Shown piece by piece: positions 52,200 through 64,000 of a DNA stretch of 64,000 bases. Numbering within the stretch: the stretch's first letter is position 1; each line of letters opens with the position of its first letter. Position numbers and translations under genes: made by a program. The notes beneath the pieces were generated by a model. It was not told the origin of the DNA and did no database searches. It saw nothing but the letters and a program-made list of their open reading frames with translations. The DNA is from Octopus sinensis (lineage: Eukaryota): the NCBI RefSeq assembly GCF_006345805.1, contig NC_043000.1, positions 81,220,001-81,284,000 of the forward strand, given 5' to 3'.

Positions 52200-52251
52200 G
52201 TGGTGTGGAGGTGTTTGCAAAGACAGTGGTGTGGAGGTGTTTGCAAAGACA
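52200..52251 (+). repeat. Perfect 26 bp tandem duplication gtggtgtggaggtgtttgcaaagaca
   Basis: Direct inspection. Confidence 0.95.
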
Positions 52252-52429
52252 GTGGTGGTTGGTAGAGAATGTCAAGTAAATGCTGAAAAGGCAAGGATTG
52301 TTTTGCTTTACATTACATTTCCTTGTTGTACTTCTGGTCTGTTGAACCATTAATGATGTTGATATCATTGCTGCTGCTGCAGATGATGATGGTAGTGGTG
52401 GTGTTTACTAAAGATTGTTGTTACTAATA

Positions 52430-52700
52430 GCATTTCTTCTTCTTCTTCTTCTTCTTCTTCTTCTTCTTCTCTTCTTCTTCTTCTTATTATTATTATTATT
52501 ATTATATTATTATTATTATTATTATTATTATCATCATAGTTGTTATCATAATGGAGTGAACACTGTCCAGCAATAACAACGTCAACAACAACAACAACAA
52601 CAGCAACAACAACAATAATAAAAATAATAATAATAATAATAATAATAATATTCTTTACTAATATCATTATAATACTTATCATTATTGTTGTTGTTGTTGT

Positions 52701-52768
<68 letters not shown>

Positions 52769-52800
52769 TCATTATCATCATCATTATAGTTATTATTTTT
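52430..52800. repeat. Compound trinucleotide microsatellite (TTC)n(TTA)n(ACA)n(ATA)n(TTG)n(GTA)n
   Basis: Direct inspection. Confidence 0.95.
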
Positions 52801-53217
52801 CTTCCAATCTGATGACTGTATGCACTCCAACATACTGTCTTTACCATCACTACCATCAGCACCATTACCTATGTTCTGTCTGCATGAAGAGATATCTTCC
52901 AAGAATATTTTTTAAAGTCTCTTTTGTTCTTTTATTATTCATTTATTGATACATTCTATCTCCATTGGTTGTTAGATGGGGGTTTTTCTTCTCTTATTTG
53001 TTTTCTCCCTTTCACCCTCTCCCTACTGCCCAACCCAAAACGGAATTTGGAACATTCCTGTCTATTTTCATACTTCTTGAAATAGTTATTACTGTTCCGT
53101 CAAGAGGAGAGATAACAGTCGAATCAATATGTGCATTAGCGATAAACATGAAGATAATTCCATCCTTTTGTTAGCTGTATCTCTGATATTACCTGAATGT
53201 CATAAGAAGGAGATAGA

Positions 53218-53263
<46 letters not shown>

Positions 53264-53506
53264 AAAGGAAGGAGGGAGAGAAGAAGAGACAGACAGATGG
53301 ACAGAAGGAGAGAAGGAGAGAGAGAGATAGAGGTGTAGGAAGTTATGTAAAGTTCCCTACAATTATGATTGCTTCTTCAGTTTCTTTAAGTTTCACTTTC
53401 ACATTTGGTGGGAGAAGGTTACATTGTCTTCCTTCATGTTTGGTGACATTGTTTAGTGATACTTATGAAACTGTGTGTATTATATATTCACACACACACA
53501 CACAGA

Positions 53507-53619
<113 letters not shown>

Positions 53620-53623
53620 ATAT

Positions 53624-53656
<33 letters not shown>

Positions 53657-53799
53657 CAGATTTAAGGAATAATATAAAACATAGAAAGTATATAGTTCCA
53701 TGAAACTAATTTTGTTTTATTCAATGTGGATATAAGCTTGTAGTTGAACCTTGTTATAATTGTATAGGGATGTATATACATGATGATGCACTTACCTTT

Positions 53800-54130
53800 T
53801 GTGGACAGGTCAGGAATCTCATCACAGGTTGATGAGACCTGCGACTGGTATCAAGTAAACCAGTTCTAACTGTTCAATGGCTGAGTTGTTGGTGACTAAA
53901 TTGGCTCCCCCTGTTGAGTAGCTTGCTACTCTCATGAGGAGGGTGTCTAGACACCCAGCAGGACTTAAAAAAAGACCTGATGAAGGATGGATGACCATCC
54001 AGTTGGGGAAGGTAATGGCAAACCACCTCAATATCCTTGCCAAGAAAAAACTATGAGAGAGTCAGGACAATGTAATGCCATGGCTCCATCCAATGGGAGA
54101 ACTCACACTTGATTGGAAAGACTTTTCTTG
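53800..54130 (+). mobile_element. RTE/BovB-like 5'UTR-derived repeat
   Basis: ggggaaggtaatggcaaaccac..tatccttgccaagaaaa resembles the conserved BovB/Bov-A 5' motif. Confidence 0.55.
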
Positions 54131-55059
54131 TAGTGTCAGCAATGCACTGCCAAAAGCATACAATACACAATGATGATGACTCTCCTCTTCAGAATGATAT
54201 CTGAGCATACAGTCATTCAAGCAACTGAACTTATTTAACTATTGTAAGTGACTGAGTATTCCACAGACACATGTACTCTTAATGTAAAGTAGAATCAACA
54301 TGTCACTATGTGATGAAGCTTGACCATCAACATACTATGTGTGTCTCTTAGACAGGCTTCCACACAGTTTCCATTTACTCAGTTTCACTCAAAAGGCTTA
54401 GGTCACCTTAAGTCTACGATTAAAGGTCAGTTGCTGAAGATACCGCAATGTGAAATTGAACCCTGGACTTCTTGATTGTGAAACAAACTTCTTAACAACT
54501 TGGTCCTGCCTACATCCATTACACACACACACATATATGTATGCATGCATGTTTATATGTATATTTAGATATATAATATAACATAATACAGATATATGCA
54601 TAAGTGTGCACGTGTGTATATTTGTATATAAAAATTTTATGTGTATGTTACTATATATTTAAAAGTATGTGTGTTTTCATGTTGTGGTGCTTGTTCTGGG
54701 AATTTATATTGTACAGAACTTGGACCATATCATTAATAAACATCAGTTGTATGTCATATTTGAATATATTGAGATAAAGCTGAAAATATGTTTGCGTTAT
54801 TGTTGTTGTTTGTTTGCTTAAATTACGATTCAAGTGACAGAGGTTCCCCACAGAGAATTAATGTTCTCTAATCGTTATCTATCTAATTCATTATCTAATT
54901 CATTAGTAACTGCTGCAACCAACAGAAAACATTCTCATATTACCTGATTGCATTGTATATCTATCTAGCCTAACCTAGTTTAGATATACGTGTTTTATGT
55001 GTGTGCGTGTGTGTATGTGTACAAGTATATATACACATATTTACATGAACTCTTAGGGA

Positions 55060-55410
55060 TGACAAATTGTATACCAGTTTTTTTCCATCTGTAATAAGTT
55101 TGTGCCAGAATGTGTGGTTTCCACTAATAATTTTCCTGTGTATTCCTTGATTTGTTAGTCCATCTTGCCTTCTGTCTGTCTGTCTCTTTCTTTGTTTCCC
55201 CTTCCATGGTTCTTTAAAAGATGGTTTTTGCAAGGCACATAGGATCTTGTAATATGACCATACCATCTCAGTTTTCTTTTCTTCTTCATTGGAAGATCTT
55301 CATGTGATGCTGGATGGTTTTGCAAACTCAGTCATTTGTGATGTGACCCAAGTAGAAAATGCCTGTGATAAATGTTGAATCAGTATTTCATTTCCAATGC
55401 CTGCATCTCA
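55060..55410 (-). mobile_element. RTE (BovB-like) ORF C-terminus fragment
   Basis: QALEMK..HITND..KRKLRWYGHITR..LAKTI.. remnants across frameshifts. Confidence 0.75.
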
Positions 55411-55757
55411 CTCTAAATATATTTATATATAGATATAGATTTATTTATGCAAACATATATTTATATATACAAACATATATTTATATATACCCCCCCCACC
55501 CTATTATGTCTGACTAGCCATCTATCTACCAACATCGTCATCATTATCATCATCATTTTAATGTCCACTTTTCTATTGCATGGGTTACATGGGTTGGACA
55601 GAATTCATTGAGGAAGATTTTCTATGGTTGAACGTCCTTCCTGTAACCATTTTTTTGAACCAAGATAATATTTCCCTCTGGCCAAGCATGTTTCCTCTGA
55701 AGATTGAAAATGAATGAGGGTAACACTCTTTTACTATCATTTGATGTCATGACAAGG

Positions 55758-55810
<53 letters not shown>

Positions 55811-55955
55811 TGTAAAATCCCTACCAAAACAGACACAGTAGCCTAGGGTAGTTTTTCTACCAGGCCGGCTCCTATCAACTGTCCCAGATGGACATTAAAC
55901 AATGATGATATATGTGCAATGATTTGACAAGCAGTGCCAAGCTTTAAACTTATAA

Positions 55956-56002
<47 letters not shown>

Positions 56003-56419
56003 ATATATATACACATATATACACACGCACACAGATGGATGGGTAGACAGATTATGATCTTCTTTCAGTTGTTGATGAAATCTCAACAACTGTAACTAGT
56101 CCTGTTGATCCCTCTTTTCCAATGCAATCATATATTTATATAATTTCTGTGAAATCATATAAATATAAAAAAAAGTTATTTATGGCTGTCCACTTTACAG
56201 AGTGAATCTGTTGACTATAACCTATACATTTATTTGTTAGTTTATTATTGCATGCATACATTCATTCATTCACTCATTCATTTGGACCACTGAGAAGGAG
56301 TTTGCAAATCCAGTACCTGAGATGCACTTTCAGCTTCATACCTATTTTCAGTGGAGCAACAGGATACATATAAATCTGCTTGTAGCAAAGGTTGATGGGG
56401 AGAGAACACAATTCATACA

Positions 56420-56490
56420 TTACAAATAATCACAGTATCTGGAACCATTAAAATTCATACATTACAAATAATCTGGAACCATTAAAATCT
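56420..56490 (+). repeat. ~40 bp imperfect tandem duplication (aattcatacattacaaataat..tctggaaccattaa)
   Basis: Direct inspection; the first copy has a short extra segment. Confidence 0.85.
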
Positions 56491-57447
56491 GCAAAGTCAT
56501 CATTAAGATTTAAATGATGATGAACAAAAACAAGATGCTTTCCTTCACTACTGTGCAGGTGGCTGGTCAAAATTTACTGCAACTTGAAAAGAGAATAAGA
56601 ATACATACATACATACATACATACATACATACACAGACACATACACACATATACGCATACATTCATACATACATACATACATACATACATGCGTACATAT
56701 GATGTTATTAACCACAGGAACTGATATATATATATTTTATTGATTTTAATATTCTTTACATGTATCGATTATACCTCATACAAGTTTGTATTATTCGTTC
56801 TATCATCAATATCCCCTACATGTCTGTTGAATTTATCTTTAATATCTCCTACATGTGTCTATTATACCTCACATCTGTAACTCTTTGCTTTCTTCCTTCT
56901 TGCGGGATTGGGTCCCTTCTCCCTTAACCTTGAGCACTTACTCATCATCACTCAAACCAGTAAGAGGACTCTCTATGCACTCACTAAGCTGACTGGAAAT
57001 AGTAAGCAACTCACACTCAAATTTGATTTCATTTTAACCTTTAGAAAACACAAATAGACATATGAAATTGCTTGATATACTATGCTTGATATAAAAGAAA
57101 GGGTGGTCACAGCTTGGACATCTTTGGTCATGAGACTGCTGGATCAAGACTAACCTATGGCTAAGTTGTCACATGATGTCACAATGATGACTAACAATAA
57201 CCTGTCCTCATGTTTTACAAATCATATATACTATATAGCTCTGTGCCATTTTGTATGTGTGTGTATGTACATTTTTTTATACATGTGTATGTGTGTATGT
57301 ATATATATTGACATGTTTTTGTGAAGGTGAGAGAAGATAGAGAATGTGTTTGTGTATGACAAAGAGGGAGCATTAAATGTGTGCATGGGAGAGAGAGGAG
57401 AACAGGTGTGTCTATACATACATACATAAATGGATGTGTGTGTTTGT

Positions 57448-57975
57448 GTGATTAATTACCTTAGTTAAGAGTACGCATAAATATATTCGTTTCTGCTAGT
57501 TCAATATTTTATCAATTTTTTACCATTTTTATTTGGTTTTTATTTGATGTTGATAATTATTTTTTTTTTCTAAATGAAATTTTTTCACATTAAATTACTA
57601 CCAGTTACTTTGGTCAAGACAGAAGAGTTAGACCTGGCTGAAGTTTTATAAAGCAGTACAGCTGTGTATGAGACAGGATTACTTCTTGCTTAGTACACTG
57701 TATGTGTGTGTGTGTGTTGTGTGATTAATTACCTTAGTTAAGAGTACGCATAAATATATTCGTTTCTGCTAGTTCAATATTTTATCAATTTTTTACCATT
57801 TTTATTTGGTTTTTATTTGATGTTGATAATTATTTTTTTTTTCTAAATGAAATTTTTTCACATTAAATTACTACCAGTTACTTTGGTCAAGACAGAAGAG
57901 TTAGACCTGGCTGAAGTTTTATAAAGCAGTACAGCTGTGTATGAGACAGGATTACTTCTTGCTTAGTACACTGTA

Positions 57976-57990
<15 letters not shown>
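57448..57990 (+). repeat. Perfect 273 bp tandem duplication bounded by (TG)n
   Basis: attaattacc at 57451 and 57724; ctgtat at 57698 and 57971; no differences seen, including homopolymer lengths. Confidence 0.95.
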
Positions 57991-58012
<22 letters not shown>

Positions 58013-59184
58013 ACACATGTAATCAGAGATAACCTACTTGGATGAAATTCACTGTTGTAACCGAGGAACCTGGACCACAACATACTTGACAAAAGAGACC
58101 TGAGAAATCTTTCAGTAGTAAGGCTTTTCTTTTTGTCTACACTCCAAGGTATGATTTTCTTAGAGAGACAGAGAGATATTACAGAAGAATCAAATGCCAG
58201 TATATTACTTGTATTCTTTTGTTGATTATATCTGAGGTGAGATTTTATCTTAGAGGAAAACTATTTGTTCAGAGTAACCCCATTCTATATTTTCTCCCTT
58301 GTTATTACCACCTGAATGGATGAATGGCAAAGTTGAACACTAAAAAATTTTTTGAACCAAAAACTCTTGACTTATTGACATAGATACCATACAGAAAAAC
58401 AGTCTAACCATTAACACGTGTGTACACACATACACACACACACATACACAAACACACACACATACACAAAAACACACACACACAAAAGAAAAGAGAGAGA
58501 GAGAACAAAAAAAGAAAAACAAGCATCTTGTTCTGTGGAAGTTTCCACCACCTTGATTCTTTATAAACAACGTTTAATGTAACATCTGAACAGAAAAATA
58601 ACTCTCTATAATTCATGACAGATGTTGATGAAAATATTCTCTCTCTTGTTAATTCTTGTCAGAAGTTCATAGTTGTTCTGTGAAAGTCTAAAGCATCAAC
58701 TATCTCCACCATCTCAACAGCTTTATTAAGAAAAATATTTAAGGTAACTTTTGTATAGAAAATAACCATAACCCTGCTTATAATTCTGAACAGATGTTAA
58801 TGGGAAAATGCCCTTTCTTACTCTTGTTAATTTTTGCCAGTTCATGTATAATTTCTAGTTTTCTAAGCTAGCTCAGAAAAGTACTTCTACTTTTTTGGCC
58901 TCAGTAAAGACCATGTGGAGAAGGGAATTAAAGCTGTATACACCAAGAACATCTAGCACAACAGTTTACCAGGGAAGCACATATTAAAGTTTCTTTACAT
59001 GGATTTATTTATGTTAAATAAATTATGTCTGTAGCACATTACTGGTATATAAAATTATCTTTGGTGTTTTGTCACTGGAATTACATTCAAGTTGATTGAA
59101 ATGGTAAATGGAATCAGTAAAGAGATTTGACACTATTGAATAATATAAAAAAAAAGATTGAAGATTAACAGAACAACAAAAACA

Positions 59185-59251
59185 ATGGCTTTTTCAATTT
59201 TGACGGCGTTAAAATGGTTTATGCCACACATAGTCTTAAACAGAGAACGAG
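59185..59251 (+). other. Candidate first coding exon (MAFSILTALKWFMPHIVLNRER) with consensus donor
   Basis: aaacaATGG context, GAG|GTGAGT donor, retained CpGs, unique sequence; an alternative frame NGFFNFDGVKMVYATHSLKQRT is also open. Confidence 0.35.
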
Positions 59252-59922
59252 GTGAGTTTCTTGATTTATTTTGCTGTTTTATGATTGGTATGAAGTTGCT
59301 TACCAACACACCCCAGCCCCTAACCCTCAGACATTCTATCTTTCTTCTTGATTAGTTTTGTTAAATCTCTGCTACTTTCATAATTTGTTCTATGTTTCAT
59401 ACTCCAGTAGTTGCTTCTTTCTCAAGTATCTCCCTTTATCCTTTTTGACAATTGAGGATGATACTGCTACGTCAGTCAGTGAGTATGACACCTGACTTTA
59501 CTACCTGGTTGATTATGTGAATGACTTGGAGCCCTATTCCACTGAATCTTTTTAGCTTTTCAGGAACTGTCCCTGATAACCCACCAGCTTTCCTTGTGTG
59601 GTAAAATGTTTGCTTCCTGACTATATGGTTGCAGTTTCACTCTCTGTTTGTGGCATCTTGGTCAAGTGTCTTTTACTCTAGCCTTTCATTGGCCAAAACC
59701 TTGTGAGAGTATTTGGTAGATGGAAACTGAAAGACGGTTGTTGTGCCTCATCTGTCTTTGACTTTCAGGTGTTTTAACACCCAGTACTTTGAGGAATCAT
59801 CCCCACCATGCTAAATCACAGCCTACCGGCAAACAAGCAAGGCATATATATTGAGTATCTGTGGTCAAGAATCTTTACCACATTAGTTCATATTTGAATA
59901 TATATATATATATATATATAAT

Positions 59923-61885
59923 ACTAGCTGAGGTACCTGGTAATGCCCAAGTGTGGGGATATTCCCAGTACCCATTACAATGCCTAATTTCTTTCAAATG
60001 AAAAATGAAATCAAAACATAGGACAGATAATAGAAGGCATAAGCAAATTCATTCACGAAACAATAATACAAATAAATATGTGTGGAATCAGAAAATGACA
60101 ATTGTTTGGTCAGATGAGTGGAAAGCTGCAAATATACAATCAATGGAAACATCAAGAAGGGAATTGTAAAGGAGTGCTATGAAAAAAAATAGTGTAAATG
60201 TTTGAAAAGTAAACAAAAAATTATCTAGAGAAAAGGCACTTTATTTGACAACTGTGTTTCATGGGTATAGTTCCACTGATCATGAGAATCAAATATCAGT
60301 TGCAATGGTTAGAACTGACAACTTTAGTGCAGGTGTTAAGAAAATACATGTTACATGTTTTAGCACACAACGCTGCAACATATAGAATCAATAATTTTAA
60401 GTGCAGGTATTACGAAAATACTTGTTACAGCAACCTGAGAATGCTGAAATAATTGATGAACATTTTAACCCTACAACAATTTCATTGATCAGTTAATCAA
60501 AAATCATCTTATGCTTTGCTTGAGTGGTCTCAGTAAAAATTTTCTTTGTCTCAACCCATCTTTAGCACATATTCTATCTGTGTATAAAATTTCAAGAAAA
60601 TCGGTTGCAAACTTTAAAAGTTACGACAGAAAATAACATTCATATGAGAATTTGCATTGAAATGTCTTATTGATTTTTGAAAAATCTATGCTGTTTAAAA
60701 ATTATCGATTTTTCTTGAAATTCTAAATGCATAAGTGACTGCATGGGCATAAGCCCCACATACATGTCCAGTTTCATTAAGATCGGTTGGATAGTCTCAG
60801 AGGAGTTAAAGTAACAAATTCACAAACACACAATGGTGCATAAGAAGTCCTGACTTTCTTAAGTAAGTTGAGGCCCACATGAGAATATCCCTTGTCTTAA
60901 AAGACTGATATAAGATCCTGAATCTTCTATAGGAGTTAAGGTTCATGTAGTAACTTAATGCAAATCTGAACTCCAAAAAGTATTCGCAAGTTAAGAGCAG
61001 GTATATTGATAAGTTAAACTTTGTATGTAGATAGTAGTTTGTATAAATGTAGTTTGGTTGTCAGTATATCTATGGTTATGCATGAAATACTGAATAGAAA
61101 ATGCTTGAGAAATAAAATGCACTTACTTTTTTAAAACTTGAAATGCTGGGGAATTAAATCAATGAATTAAAATAATAAGTTTTAACAAATGAAAACGATT
61201 TGTATTGAAATGCAGAATTAGCAAATGCTGATGAGATTACCATTAATAAGTTGTCTATTTATACCTATGAAACATTTTTCATTGAATTTTGGCATTTTTT
61301 GTCAAATTGAAATCTATATTATTGGGTAGGACCAATTTCACGGAAAAAATTACCAGAGTCTGGTAGTGAACCTGTGTCATCGTTATTTTGTGCAGGTGCA
61401 TGAAAAAATTTATTCATCTCAACCCTTCCTTAGCACATATTCTATCTGTGTATAAAATTTCAAGAAAAGAAGCTGAAAACTAAAAGTTGTGGTAGAAAAT
61501 GATATTCATACGAGAATTTGCATTGAAATGTCCTATTGGTTTTTGAAAAATTATTCTGATTAAAAATCATTGAATTTTTTGAAATTCCAAGTGCATAAGT
61601 GACTACATGGGCATAAGCCCCACATATGTGTCAAATTTCATCAAGATCAGTTAGCTAGTCTCAGAGGAGTCCATCATCATCATCACCATCGGGTTGGACA
61701 GTTCAACCGGGGTCTGGGAAGCCAGGAGGCTGCACCAATCTCCAGTCTGATCTGGCAGTGTTTCTACAGCTAGATGCCCTTCCTAACACCAAACACTCCA
61801 TGAGTGTAGTGGGTGCTTTAGTAACAAATTCACAGACACACACACAGTCACAAAAAGACAGAAATTACTATTTATGTATATAGAT
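59923..61885 (+). mobile_element. Non-autonomous Helitron-like element with duplicated ~300 bp subterminal block, interrupted by an RTE tail
   Basis: 5' actagctg..acctgg..tgcccaag after (TA)n; 3' acagaca..tttatgtatatagat. Block 60535-60831 repeats at 61405-61850; RTE tail at 61671-61817. Confidence 0.55.
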
Positions 61886-62239
61886 TTATGGGTGTGTGTG
61901 TGTGTTACTCTCTCTCTACCAGGACACCACATGATGGTTGTATACAAGAATCACCATAATACACGCAAAGTCCTTTGTTTCCAATATTCTGTGCAAACAT
62001 GTCTAGCAATGGGGAAATTTTACCTTACTTAGAAAAAGGTAAGGGTTAGTGACAAGAAAGACAGCTGGCCATAGAAAATCCACCTCAACAAATTCTATTT
62101 GATCCAAGCAAACATTGAAAAGTGGATGTTAAAACAGCAATGAATATGATGATGCTAATGAATAATGTTAGATGACAGCATCAGTAGCTAGTCTCTCTGA
62201 TAGTTTTAACTAGGCTAGTTTCTCTTTCTTTCTTCTATT

Positions 62240-62880
62240 CATTTTCTACATTCAACAACCGCTTGTAATTGTATTTCTAAACATCTTTTTCCTCAGCATC
62301 AGTGTAGGTAAGTGTGGTACAGTCATTCTGAAAATACTTTTCTCAAGTGAAATCTTGATTTCCTTTGACATAAAATCTGGATCGTCAACACCCCTGATCC
62401 TCTGTTTGTTATATATCAGCAAACCTTTTACTTTCAGGTGCTTTCTGAGTTCTCTATACTTGATGTCTAGTCTCACTTTTGGCTCCTTTTTCCACTTTTC
62501 TTCCAATCTTTCTCGAGCTGATTCTTAGCTTTTATGGCTGTTTACTGTACAATTCGACAAACATATCATCTTTCTTCCAGCTGGACCCTTGCTCCAAGCA
62601 CAGATCAGGTCATTGTTTCACAACAGGAGACTTTGTAGAAATTTCTAATTGTCCTCTATGTTATAAAATCTCTAATTCCTCATCCTTTTTGTCATATATA
62701 CAAGTTAAAACATCCTTGAACTTCCTTCTAGCTGAGAGAACTTTCAGTTTCCATTTTCCTGTCTCAGATAATATGGTCTTGTATTTCTGAGTTCATCTCA
62801 CTCCTATTCTAAAGTCACTAATCACTATTTGTTGTTGAGCAGTTCATTCTTCACCGGGAAAGACTTAGCATTCACAACAA
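62240..62880 (-). mobile_element. Decayed RTE endonuclease/linker fragment
   Basis: VVNAKSFPGEE..ISDFRI matches LINAKTFPGEECTPQHRLVVSDFRI at ~27580-27650. Confidence 0.8.
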
Positions 62881-63164
62881 TCTATCTATACTATTTTCTA
62901 GTGAATATGCAGTCTCATATATGTGCACGCGCACACACACACATCTTTACCTCTAAGTGTTGATCTTTATCTTGAAACACTGCTACATTTCTCAACAAAT
63001 CTTTGCCAGATTTTGCAGGGAGATTCAGATGCAGCTCTGAATGATGTTTAAACAGAATCCTAGGTCCAGAGTTCCCTCGGGATAAAACCGGGATGAAACA
63101 AGAAAGGAGATATAAAGAGATGAAATTTGTAATGGAGTAGAATTAGAGAAACCAAAGTGATCTT

Positions 63165-63500
63165 CTGATTGGGAGATCCTGGCTCCCAAATGTAACATCG
63201 TGAATGATATTAATGCTTCCTTATTCAACAGCTACCATCCCAATGTAATCAGGGCAAGTAATTTCACACTATTATGGATGTTAACAATATTGCTAACTAT
63301 CCAACAAAGTTTCTCAATTCTTTACTGCTCACTGCTATCTCTTTTCACATTCTGCAACTGAAAATTGGAGCACCCATTATGTTACTATGAAATTTTGATG
63401 CACTGAAATTCTTGTATGATTCACTATCAAAACTCTTATGCACTTTGCAATCAAAGTCACCATTAGGACAAGTTTTTGGAAAGAAATTTAACAAATCGGT
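63165..63500 (+). mobile_element. Helitron Pif1-like helicase relic
   Basis: EILAPKCNIVNDINA ... NYPTKFLNSL....HILQLKIGAPIMLL*N matches the 'AILAP.N..V..IN ... YPTEFLNSL..GLPPH.L.LK.GAPIMLLRN' motifs. Confidence 0.8.
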
Positions 63501-64000
63501 AAACCCAATTATCTGTTTCCAATCTTCAGACAGTTATGAAAATGGATCATAAAATTGGTACTGAAGACGTTTTAGTGGAGACTTTTGATTATCATGACTT
63601 GCATTGAGTGAATAAAATTGGACTAAAGGATTATCTTGGTTTGCAGTATAACCATTATTGGAAAATAAATGTGTAGAAAGAGGTGAAGACTTGCCACTTA
63701 GATAACTGAAAAAAGGAACCTGTGTAAATATGCAGATATAAGCAAGTGTAAAAAAAAAAGGAATTTCAAGATTACAAGTGTATAAGGAATTATTATGCAG
63801 TAGAAACAACTAGAAAAATATAAAAATGAATGATATTACAAGAAAATGAAAAACAGGAAAGAAGAGAAAAGGAGACAAGAATGGTGATGAAAAATCTGTT
63901 CTGAACAAAATGTCCTGGAGATTATCTGTTGAGTGGTATATATCTAGTTACATGATAAATATTTAGAGGAAGTCTGTCAGTCAGATCCCAACATTTCAGA

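Noticed and set aside
58150-58240. Exon candidate ETERYYRRIKCQYITCILLLIISE with donor gtgaga
   Set aside because: Weak acceptor only 15 nt after another donor-like site; no independent support.

Overview
AT-rich, microsatellite-dense eukaryotic DNA, most likely an octopus (inferred from repeat families and composition). It reads as a large intron or intergenic stretch, with no long host-gene ORF; most supplied ORFs are translations of simple repeats. Identifiable content is almost all mobile DNA: one 3.5 kb RTE LINE (24745-28206, inactivated by 3 frameshifts and 2 TGA stops) plus many RTE fragments; several Tx1/L1-type LINE relics; a Penelope-like element (RT thumb + GIY-YIG) with a hammerhead-ribozyme fold; an R4/Dong-type 3' end between (TAA)n tracts; a CR1-like fragment; mariner, Tc1-like and pogo-like relics; Helitron helicase and non-autonomous Helitron-like pieces; several tRNA-headed SINE families; and two palindromic MITEs. 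Most notable: the hammerhead, an RTE copy with twin-priming-like inversion geometry, a head-to-head Penelope/Tx1 junction forming a chimeric ORF, a fold-back hairpin inside a SINE, an 85 bp templated insertion, a perfect 273 bp tandem duplication, and a few CpG-retaining unique islets with short exon candidates I cannot assign to a known gene. I found no evidence for a wholly new biological system. All alignments were done by eye, and many boundaries are approximate.
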